Source: a virus
Lineage: Duplodnaviria; Caudoviricetes
Strand: one strand, 5' to 3'
DNA: 64,000 nt
IMG/VR virus record: IMGVR_UViG_3300036660_000031
Span: 9,148 to 73,147 of that record
Positions 1-8,385 of this stretch are shown here, in pieces (positions within the stretch are counted from its first letter, which is position 1; each line of letters starts with the position of its first letter). Both the position numbers and the translations under genes were made by a program. The notes under the pieces are model-generated. The model saw nothing but the letters and a program-made list of their open reading frames with translations, ran no database searches and was not told the DNA's origin.

Positions 1-1
1 G

Positions 2-277
2 GTACAGATACTCTTTAATACTCACATTATTAAAAGAACTGTAATTAAAGACAGTGATTTATTCACTGACTCAATCATCAGAACAGGTGGTGGTACATCT
101 CTCTACCATGTCCGAGAGGACATTATTGAAAGTAAACCTACTGCTGCCATCATCTTCACAGACTTGGAATGCTCGCCAATGGCTACCCTGCCATTCAGCG
201 TACCAATTATCTGGGTAATTGTTGGCAAAGTAAAAAACCCTGTCCCGTTTGGAGTACCTGTGTACATAGACTTATGA
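2..277 (+). CDS. C-terminal end (truncated by window edge) of vWA/DUF2201 metallopeptidase-associated protein, N4 gp25-like
   Basis: Own translation of frame 2: ...IRTGGGTSLYHV...AAIIFTDLEC..LPFSVPIIWVIV..., the GGGT / IIFTD / PxxWV pattern of vWA-like DUF2201 C-termini; stop TGA 275-277 overlaps the next ATG. Confidence 0.7.
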   Translation, partial: VQILFNTHIIKRTVIKDSDLFTDSIIRTGGGTSLYHVREDIIESKPTAAIIFTDLECSPMATLPFSVPIIWVIVGKVKNPVPFGVPVYIDL

Positions 278-714
278 TCCAAATTAGAACAATAAACGAT
301 ACAGATAAAGAAGCTATTGACGCCTATGTCAATGCTCGTGTTTGGGAACGTGCAGAAAAAAAGTGGGTAACCACTATTGATTCTGAACTAATTCGTACTG
401 CTTGCAAAAACGAAAACCCAGACATTCATTCCGTCATCATCGAAGAAACTTACCTACTCCTATTCAGCATCGTAAAACTATGGTTTTCTAGCGAGCAATT
501 CCTTGAAGAAAAGCTTTTGATTAAACTATTGGATGGGCCGGGTAAGTTCTCTGATGTGACTAAAGCATTTGATCAAATGGCCCAAAACCTTCGCATTGAC
601 CACATTGTTGTGGGTACTGCGATGGCTCCCAACGACAAAGCATTAGTACGCATGTACATGCGTAACGGCTTTGAACAAAGCGCAACCGGACTCTATAAAC
701 AAATCGAGACATAA
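274..714 (+). CDS. GNAT-fold (acetyltransferase-like) protein
   Basis: ATG 274 coupled to upstream stop (ATGA); C-terminal NDKALVRMYMRNGFEQ resembles the GNAT 'N..A..lY.r.GF' motif. Confidence 0.5.
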   Translation: MIQIRTINDTDKEAIDAYVNARVWERAEKKWVTTIDSELIRTACKNENPDIHSVIIEETYLLLFSIVKLWFSSEQFLEEKLLIKLLDGPGKFSDVTKAFDQMAQNLRIDHIVVGTAMAPNDKALVRMYMRNGFEQSATGLYKQIET

Positions 715-716
715 CC

Positions 717-989
717 ATGTTAGACAAAGACCTTTTAATAGGAATTTCTGCCACAAAAATCATTAATAAAACATCTGTTGAATGGAATGCTTCTGTAAAG
801 CAACAAAAAGTTCGCAATACTGGTGGCAAAACCATAACCTTAAACTGTACTTCCCCCCCTTTAGCTATTAAATCTGAAAAAACCCATGCTGTACTTCCTT
901 GCTCTTTTCACGTTAATCCTCCTATGGCTTGTACTAAAACCTGTACGCTACAACCACAATGCCAGTTTCCAAGTGAAAGTGTTGACTAA
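717..989 (+). CDS. hypothetical protein (doubtful 3' part)
   Basis: Fills the gap right after the GNAT stop but overlaps thyX by about 100 nt; no recognisable motif. Confidence 0.3.
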   Translation: MLDKDLLIGISATKIINKTSVEWNASVKQQKVRNTGGKTITLNCTSPPLAIKSEKTHAVLPCSFHVNPPMACTKTCTLQPQCQFPSESVD

Positions 990-1872
990 CAGTCGAGCAA
1001 CTACTGGTGTTGAAGCTGTGACTTTCTACTTGAGGTATCCACGATTTATCCATGCGGAAATAATGACGCACAAAGACTTCAGCCGTAGTGCTGCAAGTTC
1101 TCGTGCTATTCCAGTAAAGAAAGTTCTCTCTCAAGTCTGGAGCAATCCAGCTATGCCTACATATTGGGGTGTCAATCGTCCCGGTATGCAGGCTAAAGAA
1201 GAACTAACTGGCTGGCGTAAAACCGCTGCAATGAATATCTGGTTGCTTACAGGCAAGGCTGTATGCGTGTTTGCTTATCTGTTGGTTCAATTGAACCTAC
1301 ATAAGCAACTCGCTAACCGTATCCTAGAACCGTGGCAACTTATGCACGTTACTTTGACAACGGCAAAACTGGCTAATTTCTGGAACCTACGTATTCACCC
1401 AGATGCACAACCTGAAATTTGTTATTTAGCTACGTTAATGAAAAGCACCTTGGATGAAACTCCTGCAACTATTTTAAAAGAAGGTGAATGGCATCTGCCT
1501 TGGATTGATCTTAAAGATATTAAACCTGCACATATTGCTGCTACCAAGTACAAAATGCCATACATAGAAGTATTGGTTCGTATCTCTGCTGCTCGTTGTG
1601 CTCGGTCTAGTTACGCTACCTTTGGTGGTAGTCGTGACATTACAAAAGACTTAGACCTGTACGACAAGTTAATCACTACAAAGCCTGTACATGCTTCCCC
1701 TGCTGAACATCAAGTAACTCCTGATAGTCAGCACAGTATGTACTACCACTTTGGTGAAAGTACAGACGCTATCCACAGCAAAAAAGTATGGCGCTTCCCA
1801 GAACTGCATGGCAACATGACAGGCTGGATTCAACATCGACGCCAAATACCAGAACACTACTTTGAAGGTTGA
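886..1872 (+). CDS. thyX: FAD-dependent thymidylate synthase (ThyX/Thy1), N4 gp30-like
   Basis: RYPRFIHAEIMTHKDFSRSAASSRAIP, HKQLANRILEPW, RIHPDAQPEI, HASPAEH motifs; start uncertain. Confidence 0.9.
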   Translation: MLYFLALFTLILLWLVLKPVRYNHNASFQVKVLTNSRATTGVEAVTFYLRYPRFIHAEIMTHKDFSRSAASSRAIPVKKVLSQVWSNPAMPTYWGVNRPGMQAKEELTGWRKTAAMNIWLLTGKAVCVFAYLLVQLNLHKQLANRILEPWQLMHVTLTTAKLANFWNLRIHPDAQPEICYLATLMKSTLDETPATILKEGEWHLPWIDLKDIKPAHIAATKYKMPYIEVLVRISAARCARSSYATFGGSRDITKDLDLYDKLITTKPVHASPAEHQVTPDSQHSMYYHFGESTDAIHSKKVWRFPELHGNMTGWIQHRRQIPEHYFEG

Positions 1873-1905
1873 CCCTTCTATCCTTGTTTTGGTTCGTTAG
1901 CTCTC

Positions 1906-1930
1906 AAGCCCCTACTTAGGGGCTTTTTTT
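1906..1930 (+). terminator. rho-independent terminator
   Basis: AAGCCCCT-ACTT-AGGGGCTT followed by T run. Confidence 0.8.
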
Positions 1931-1950
1931 AACCCTCAAGGAGAATTCTC

Positions 1951-4326
1951 ATGGAAGTAAACCACACAGCCGATCACGTAACTCATGCAGTTGTCGGCGG
2001 TTCAGCCCCCATTCATATGGGTATCAGCGACAGTGCAGAATTCTTTCAGATTCTTTCCAGTACGCTTTATTCTGACCAAAAATTGGCCGTTGCTCGTGAG
2101 ACTCTTTGCAATGCTTGGGATGCCCACGTCGAAGCAGGATGCACTGATACTCCTATACGTATCACCATAGCTTCAGACAAAATTACAATCCGTGATTACG
2201 GTAAAGGTATCCACCGTGATCAAATTGGCCCTATCTATGGTGTTTACGGCAATAGCACCAAGAAAAATGATGGCCTACAAACTGGTGGCTTCGGTCTTGG
2301 TTGCAAAGCTCCTTTCGCATACACAGACCATTTCCAAGTGTCTTCAGCACATGAAGGAACCAAAACAATCTATAGCATGAGCAAATCTTCTGCTCAGGTA
2401 GGTGGCAAGCCAGCAATCATCCCTATTACATCCTTTCCCACCACTGAAACTGGTTTGGAAGTCTCTATCAATATGCGGGGTGGTGACCACATTGCTTTCC
2501 GTGCTTTGATGGAAACTGTTATTGCCAATGGTGAAATGAAAGCTTTGATCAACGAAGTTGAATGCAAAACTATTCCATTTAGTACAGCCAAACATGGTTT
2601 TGCAATCCTAAATAAAAACCCATTACCTGATGGAAAATTCAACACAAGCTTGAGCATTTGTGTGCGTTATGGCAATGTAATTTACCCATTAGCAGATCAA
2701 AAAGGCGTCATTGGCTTTATGAAAGCCTGTGAAATAATGGAACGATTACCTAAAAAGAATACTTATGGCGGTACTCCAGTTGCTTGCTTAATATTGTTGG
2801 CTCCACCACACAGCATCAGTGTCACTCCAAGTCGTGAATCTCTGTCTATGCAGGAACACACTATCAATACCGTAAATGGTTTGATTAATAACTTCCTTGA
2901 GTACGCCAAGCAAAAGACTAATAGCCTAAACAACATTTTGTTATCTGAAATGGTGGAAAAAGCTGAAAACTTTGAACTATTAGATATGGACTTGCCTTTA
3001 GGCAAAAACGTATTTAATCGTATTTCTTGGTTTGAAACTGACTACATGATTACTGATATTAATCAGATGAAACGTGCATTCTTCTCACAAAGAATGGAAC
3101 CAAACTTACGTAAAAAGGACTACCTTAATCGAATAAACAAGGCAAAGAGTATCGACTTGCTTGCTTATGGCAAAGCACATTCTCTATATCGCTTTGTCCA
3201 ACGTAATAAGTTGGGTAGATATGACGAGAAAGACAATTGGGTTGGTAAACACATCGTGCGGCCTGTAATGCGAAGGATGATTAAGAATTCTGATCTAAAC
3301 ATCAACCGATTGTTTTTTGTTGGTATTGGTGAATGCAAACAAGCAACTGCTAACTTTGAAGCACCTGTAAATGTTATACCTCGTTATGCTCGCCCTAATG
3401 TAGTGATTCACTATGTTCGTAAAGACGTAACACAGCGTATTGCAAAAGAAGGGACTCTCATAGGAGATGGTATTTTAGGCACTTTGCTTTATCACGTACC
3501 CCGTGTAGGAGCCAAAGTAAAAGCTGCTGTCGAATTCTTTGAAAAGTATGGCTACAACGTAATTGATCTTACCAAACCATTACCCGGTGAAAGCATTGAA
3601 GCTGTTGGCCCTGCTGAACGTGTCAAATCAAACACTGTAAGACAACTAGGACTTATTGCACTAAGCGAAGGTATTGGACGTAGTGGTTTCCATGCCAATA
3701 GTTTGTATGAAGCCAGTGCTAAACGAGTAATGAAGCCTACTTGCGTGTTCTTATGTAGTGATACAGACGGACAAAAAGGTATGAACAGACTTGATGGCAT
3801 AGGCGACATGTCTGATGTTGTGGCTGAAATGTATGGCTCGATTTCTGGAGTAGCTAAAACTCTTGATCAGTACACACGTTATAAAGAGAAAGGAATTGAA
3901 GATGGCGTAGAGTACGTAATCAAAGATGTTGTCAACTACATAACAAATTCTGATGTGATTCTTAATCACATAACGGCACATCAAACATTGAGTAGCAGAA
4001 GCCTCTACAACGATGTGTACAGCATACTTTTGAGAAACGAAAAAGTAGCTAATCATTTCAAACTGCCATTCATTACTGACCCACAGGACAAAAAGTATTT
4101 GGCTCTCTGGAACCATATACTGAAGAACTGTCGGTGGAAACTGGACGGTGTTGTTTCAGACACAGAGAAAGATATTGATTCACTTCCAGAGCATCAAGCC
4201 ACATTAGACATTTGTACCAAGATTAAAAACTCTAAGTTTTTAGCTTGTATAAATCCATATTTCACATCAGAGATCAAAAGCAATCCCGCTTTTCTGATTG
4301 AGTTTATCAACTTCCTAATCAAGTAA
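1951..4326 (+). CDS. rIIA: rIIA-like protein (GHKL/Hsp90-type ATPase N-terminus)
   Basis: LYSDQKLAVARETLCNAWDAH, IRDYGKGI, GGFGLGCKAPFAYTD; SD AAGGAG; adjacent to rIIB as in N4-like phages. Confidence 0.9.
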   Translation: MEVNHTADHVTHAVVGGSAPIHMGISDSAEFFQILSSTLYSDQKLAVARETLCNAWDAHVEAGCTDTPIRITIASDKITIRDYGKGIHRDQIGPIYGVYGNSTKKNDGLQTGGFGLGCKAPFAYTDHFQVSSAHEGTKTIYSMSKSSAQVGGKPAIIPITSFPTTETGLEVSINMRGGDHIAFRALMETVIANGEMKALINEVECKTIPFSTAKHGFAILNKNPLPDGKFNTSLSICVRYGNVIYPLADQKGVIGFMKACEIMERLPKKNTYGGTPVACLILLAPPHSISVTPSRESLSMQEHTINTVNGLINNFLEYAKQKTNSLNNILLSEMVEKAENFELLDMDLPLGKNVFNRISWFETDYMITDINQMKRAFFSQRMEPNLRKKDYLNRINKAKSIDLLAYGKAHSLYRFVQRNKLGRYDEKDNWVGKHIVRPVMRRMIKNSDLNINRLFFVGIGECKQATANFEAPVNVIPRYARPNVVIHYVRKDVTQRIAKEGTLIGDGILGTLLYHVPRVGAKVKAAVEFFEKYGYNVIDLTKPLPGESIEAVGPAERVKSNTVRQLGLIALSEGIGRSGFHANSLYEASAKRVMKPTCVFLCSDTDGQKGMNRLDGIGDMSDVVAEMYGSISGVAKTLDQYTRYKEKGIEDGVEYVIKDVVNYITNSDVILNHITAHQTLSSRSLYNDVYSILLRNEKVANHFKLPFITDPQDKKYLALWNHILKNCRWKLDGVVSDTEKDIDSLPEHQATLDICTKIKNSKFLACINPYFTSEIKSNPAFLIEFINFLIK

Positions 4327-4331
4327 AAAAC

Positions 4332-5792
4332 ATGACCAATATCATCAAAGTGATAGGCGTAGTAGTCGATACGCAACAAGCTACTTTCTACAAAGAAAAT
4401 GGCGAAACAGTTGTCATCCTTCAAGGTGACACAAGGTTAGCAAACCTTATCCGTACAGTAACTCCCATTCTTGCTAATGGCAATGGGGCGGTTGCTGAGA
4501 TTGATCTGGATGCCTATCCAGAAAATTTAGATAACCCCTTCAATACCTACGAAGAACGTAGCAGTGGTCTAGTAAAGTTCTTCCGTATTGCTAAGAGCAA
4601 GCTTGCTGCGTTCTTTAGCAACAAAGAAGAACAAAACCAACCCATCGAAGAAATGTCTTTAGGCGTAAGCAGCACAACACCAATAATGTCAGCAATGGAA
4701 GACATTATGGCTCACGCTGTACCAGTGAAGAACGGTATCAACCGTACTGCTCTGGAAGCAACAGAAGAATCAGTAGCTGAAACTATCATTGCCGTTGTCG
4801 GTGAAAACATCATTCCTGATGCTCACAAACTGGAACAACAGTTCAAACGATCCAATGAACAAACGCACACCGTAGGTATGCAGAAGTTCATGGAACGTAT
4901 TGCTGTTGTAGCAGGCAAGCGTAGTCATTCAGTACAAGACTTAATGCGTTTCATGGAACGTGGTGATCTGCCTGTAGCTGAAGATGGAAGCATCGTCATC
5001 TACAAGATACTTAAAAAACGTTCCAAAAGTGCTCATCCGGGCTTTACTTATGTGGATTGCCACAGCGGTAATGTTCCTCAACGTGTTGGCTCCTACGTTC
5101 ACATGGATGAATCATTGGTTGATCCTAATCGTCGCAATGAATGCTCCAATGGTTTGCATGTCGCAAGACGTGGTTACTTAGCTGGCTTCAGTGGCGATGT
5201 AGTGACAATCTGCAAGGTTCGCCCTGAAGACGTGATTGCTGTGCCTGACTACGATGCAAACAAAATGCGTGTCTGTGGTTACCACATCGTTTCTGAACTA
5301 CCAAGTGAGGACTTCGATCATCTTCGTTGCAACAATCCTATCAAGACTGAAGCAGGTAAAAAGCTTTTGGCTCAAGCTTTGTCAGGCAACCATCCACCAC
5401 CTGATAGTGATGTGCTTATCACACAACAAACAGGTGGTGGCATTGTTATCTCCAATCCAGTGCAAGACGTTAATGTCGATGCAGTAGCTGTGGTGATGGT
5501 TGTAAAAGAAATCGAAGCTACGATCTTGGATACAAATCCTGAAGCTAATGTCTGTGTTGAATTAGTCGATGTAAGAAACTTGTCTGATGAAGTCACAGAA
5601 ACTGTGGCTACTGGAAAGACTCGTGCTGAACTTGCAAAAGACCTGTTCAAGATTTGGAAAGCTGCTCCAAAAGGAACTAAACAACCTTCTGCTCTCGCTT
5701 TGAAAACATTCAAGCGTAGTAAAAAGATTGGATGGGATCGTTTAGGTATCTCTGAGAAAGATGGCAAAGCCATTGAAAAAGACGCAGGCTGA
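4332..5792 (+). CDS. rIIB: rIIB-like protein
   Basis: LPVAEDGSIVIYK, VDPNRRNECSNGLHVA, CKVRPEDVIAVP, KMRVCGY. Confidence 0.9.
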   Translation: MTNIIKVIGVVVDTQQATFYKENGETVVILQGDTRLANLIRTVTPILANGNGAVAEIDLDAYPENLDNPFNTYEERSSGLVKFFRIAKSKLAAFFSNKEEQNQPIEEMSLGVSSTTPIMSAMEDIMAHAVPVKNGINRTALEATEESVAETIIAVVGENIIPDAHKLEQQFKRSNEQTHTVGMQKFMERIAVVAGKRSHSVQDLMRFMERGDLPVAEDGSIVIYKILKKRSKSAHPGFTYVDCHSGNVPQRVGSYVHMDESLVDPNRRNECSNGLHVARRGYLAGFSGDVVTICKVRPEDVIAVPDYDANKMRVCGYHIVSELPSEDFDHLRCNNPIKTEAGKKLLAQALSGNHPPPDSDVLITQQTGGGIVISNPVQDVNVDAVAVVMVVKEIEATILDTNPEANVCVELVDVRNLSDEVTETVATGKTRAELAKDLFKIWKAAPKGTKQPSALALKTFKRSKKIGWDRLGISEKDGKAIEKDAG

Positions 5793-5797
5793 TAGAT

Positions 5798-5838
5798 TTC
5801 CAAGGTGAAGATACACTAGAGGTATCTTTATCTTGGAG
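5798..5838 (+). promoter_or_regulatory. 17-bp RNA hairpin that buries the SD of the next gene
   Basis: TTCCAAGGTGAAGATAC / GTATCTTTATCTTGGAG pair with G-U wobbles; GGAG SD at 5835-5838 lies in the 3' arm. Confidence 0.55.
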
Positions 5839-5843
5839 CTATC

Positions 5844-6176
5844 ATGCCCCGTACTCGTCGAACCAAAAAGACAATTCCAGACTCCGATCTTATTCGGTTA
5901 AACAGTCTGGGATTCTCTCTCCAAACTATCGGCTCTACATTGGGCTGTCATCCAACCACTGTAACGCTACGTCTAAAAGACATAGGTGTATCGCCTGCCG
6001 ATACTCGTCGCACGTTCATGGAAGATGTGCTTATGAAGATGCCAATAGCTCAACTCGAATGGGTTGAGAACCAACTTGGCCCCCACTACTCTATCAAGGA
6101 CTTTGTGAGGAACCTCATAACTAACGCATATCTGGAATACAAAAATGAAAGTCAATTTTCTGAAACTGGTTCGTAA
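5844..6176 (+). CDS. helix-turn-helix protein, N4 gp35-like
   Basis: LNSLGFSLQTIGSTLGCHPTTVTLRL HTH pattern; position after rIIB. Confidence 0.7.
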   Translation: MPRTRRTKKTIPDSDLIRLNSLGFSLQTIGSTLGCHPTTVTLRLKDIGVSPADTRRTFMEDVLMKMPIAQLEWVENQLGPHYSIKDFVRNLITNAYLEYKNESQFSETGS

Positions 6177-6561
6177 AGCCATGACCCCAACTTACGGCAC
6201 ACCCGGTGCTGCTGCCTTTGACATTTACGCTTCTAAATCAACTATCGGAACTGAGAAAGTTATCGTAGAAACTGGAATTTCTATTGAAATCCCTCCCGGC
6301 TACGAAATGCAGATTCGTCCTCGCAGTGGACTTGCTTTTAAAAACCGTGTTCACGCCTTTGCAGGAACAATTGATAGTGACTATCGTGGCGAAATCAAAA
6401 TACTGCTCATGGGTGAATCTACTGGACAAGTAATCAATGTCTTTCATGGTGATCGTATTGCACAAGGCATTATCAGACCAGTTGAACAAGTAGAGTTTGT
6501 TCAGGTCGATGAACTTTCCGACACACAACGTGGTACTGGCGGCTTCGGCAGCACAGGCTAA
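6145..6561 (+). CDS. dut: trimeric dUTPase
   Basis: All five motifs: AAAFDI, IRPRSGLA, GTIDSDYRGEI, GDRIAQ, RGTGGFGSTG. Confidence 0.95.
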   Translation: MKVNFLKLVRKAMTPTYGTPGAAAFDIYASKSTIGTEKVIVETGISIEIPPGYEMQIRPRSGLAFKNRVHAFAGTIDSDYRGEIKILLMGESTGQVINVFHGDRIAQGIIRPVEQVEFVQVDELSDTQRGTGGFGSTG

Positions 6562-6582
6562 ATCTCAAACCCATCTACTACT

Positions 6583-6607
6583 GCCCCTCCTTGGAGGGGC
6601 TTCTTTC
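6583..6607 (+). terminator. rho-independent terminator
   Basis: GCCCCTC-CTTG-GAGGGGC then TTCTTT. Confidence 0.7.
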
Positions 6608-6610
6608 GTT

Positions 6611-7915
6611 ATGACTACAGAAACAAAACCAATCAAGCCCCTCAATAAAGGTCAACAAGCAGCAGCAGATGGCTTCTTTGCTTTTCTATTTACAGAAGAG
6701 AAAGAACTAATCCTATCTGGTCCCGGTGGATACGGTAAAACGTACTTGCTAGGCCATTTGATTGACGAAATCATGCCTAAGTACTTCAAGTCATGTGACT
6801 TGATGGGCATCAAACCAGAATTTGATTCTGTGCATATGACTGCTACCACTAACAAGGCTGCTGAAGTCTTGGGTGAAGCAACTGGAAGACCAGCTTCCAC
6901 CATTCATTCGTTCCTTGGACTTCGTGTTCAAGAAGACTATAAAACGGGCAGAACCAACCTAATTAAGATCAAAGACAAGTGGATAGTCCATCAGCGTGAA
7001 ATCATTTTCATTGATGAGTGCTCAATGATTGATAAAGACTTACGCCGAATCATCTTGGAAGGTACGCTTAAAAGCAAGATCGTCTATGTGGGTGATCACT
7101 ATCAGCTACCCCCTGTGTTTGAAGACCTGTCTCCAATCTACAAAGACAAGCTTCCATTCTTTGAACTAACTCAACCTATGAGAACAGACGTGCCTGAGAT
7201 TCAGGCTGTATGTGATCAGCTTCGTGAGACTGTCCGTACTGGAATCTTTCAGCCTATCAAGGCTACTCCCGGTGTAGTTGATTGGCTCGATACAGATGAA
7301 GTTATGGCTCTGGTAGACCAGAAGTTTGTTCAAGAAGAAGTTAATGGTCGTGTGCTTGCTTATAGCAATAACCAAGTCAATGCCCTCAACCAGCATATAC
7401 GTGCTCAACGTGGCTTGCCTGAAGACTTCCAAGTCGGTGACAAGCTGATAAGCAACAGTGCTCTGCAATTGTCTACTGGCAATGTTTCTGTAGAAGAACC
7501 AATAACCATAATCGCCATCTCTAAAGATGTTGAAACTATGAAAGTAGGTGGTGCTGAATTCGATGTACGGTACATGGACTTTGAAACTCCATTTAATACA
7601 TTTACACAAGTACCTGTGCCTGTAGACAGGACACACTTTACATCTCTCATGAAATACTTCGCCAGCCAGAAAAGCTGGATGGATTACTATGAGTTGAAAA
7701 ACAAGTATCCTGATTTACGTCCTAGAGATGCCTGCACTGTGCATAAGGCACAAGGTTCTACTTACGACATTGTGTTCATTGACTTAGACAATCTGTCTAC
7801 CTGTACTCAACCCAAACTAGTTGCTCGACTGCTTTATGTGGCGTTCTCACGTCCAAGAAGCAGGATTGTGATGTATGGTCAGCTAGCTCAACGATATGGA
7901 GGTGTCTACGAATGA
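6611..7915 (+). CDS. SF1B Dda/RecD-like DNA helicase, N4 gp37-like
   Basis: Walker A GPGGYGKT, IDECSM, YVGDHYQLPPV, TVHKAQGSTYD, LLYVAFSR; start taken at ATG 6611 after the terminator. Confidence 0.93.
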   Translation: MTTETKPIKPLNKGQQAAADGFFAFLFTEEKELILSGPGGYGKTYLLGHLIDEIMPKYFKSCDLMGIKPEFDSVHMTATTNKAAEVLGEATGRPASTIHSFLGLRVQEDYKTGRTNLIKIKDKWIVHQREIIFIDECSMIDKDLRRIILEGTLKSKIVYVGDHYQLPPVFEDLSPIYKDKLPFFELTQPMRTDVPEIQAVCDQLRETVRTGIFQPIKATPGVVDWLDTDEVMALVDQKFVQEEVNGRVLAYSNNQVNALNQHIRAQRGLPEDFQVGDKLISNSALQLSTGNVSVEEPITIIAISKDVETMKVGGAEFDVRYMDFETPFNTFTQVPVPVDRTHFTSLMKYFASQKSWMDYYELKNKYPDLRPRDACTVHKAQGSTYDIVFIDLDNLSTCTQPKLVARLLYVAFSRPRSRIVMYGQLAQRYGGVYE

Positions 7916-8385
7916 ATACGTTCGACCTTGGAATAGAGGTGAAAGAAACTCTATTGGAGCCAGAACACAAAGCATTTCAACGCAATGTGGAAAGCTTAGT
8001 AATACGAAACACTGATGATCCTTCAGTGTTGGCCTTTATGTATAACGGAGTTGTTTTCAACGCTGCTACTGCTAAAAGACCTATTCGTAATGCAATTTCT
8101 CTTTCGTTGCATCTAACAGATGAAATGAAAGATAACGTGCATATGCTAAAGCTGGCAACACGAGATGCTCAAACAGTATGGCAAGCATTGCTTCCACTTG
8201 TAGAAGCGCACGGCCCTCAAAATGGATTACCTGAGAATTTGAAAGCTATCTTGCGATCAAAGTTCTCTCCCCGAACTACTCCTTTTGAGGAAATCATAAA
8301 AGACACTACTGAGTTATTCCTTAAAAATTGGATGGATGCTTCCAATCAATTGGCTTACCTCATTTCACTAAGAATAGTAATTTAA
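7912..8385 (+). CDS. hypothetical protein, N4 gp38 position
   Basis: Coupled to helicase stop and to pol start; synteny. Confidence 0.65.
   Translation: MNTFDLGIEVKETLLEPEHKAFQRNVESLVIRNTDDPSVLAFMYNGVVFNAATAKRPIRNAISLSLHLTDEMKDNVHMLKLATRDAQTVWQALLPLVEAHGPQNGLPENLKAILRSKFSPRTTPFEEIIKDTTELFLKNWMDASNQLAYLISLRIVI

Noticed and set aside
169-273. Upstream start for the GNAT-like ORF
   Set aside because: Overlaps the real vWA reading frame; ATG 274 is coupled to its stop.
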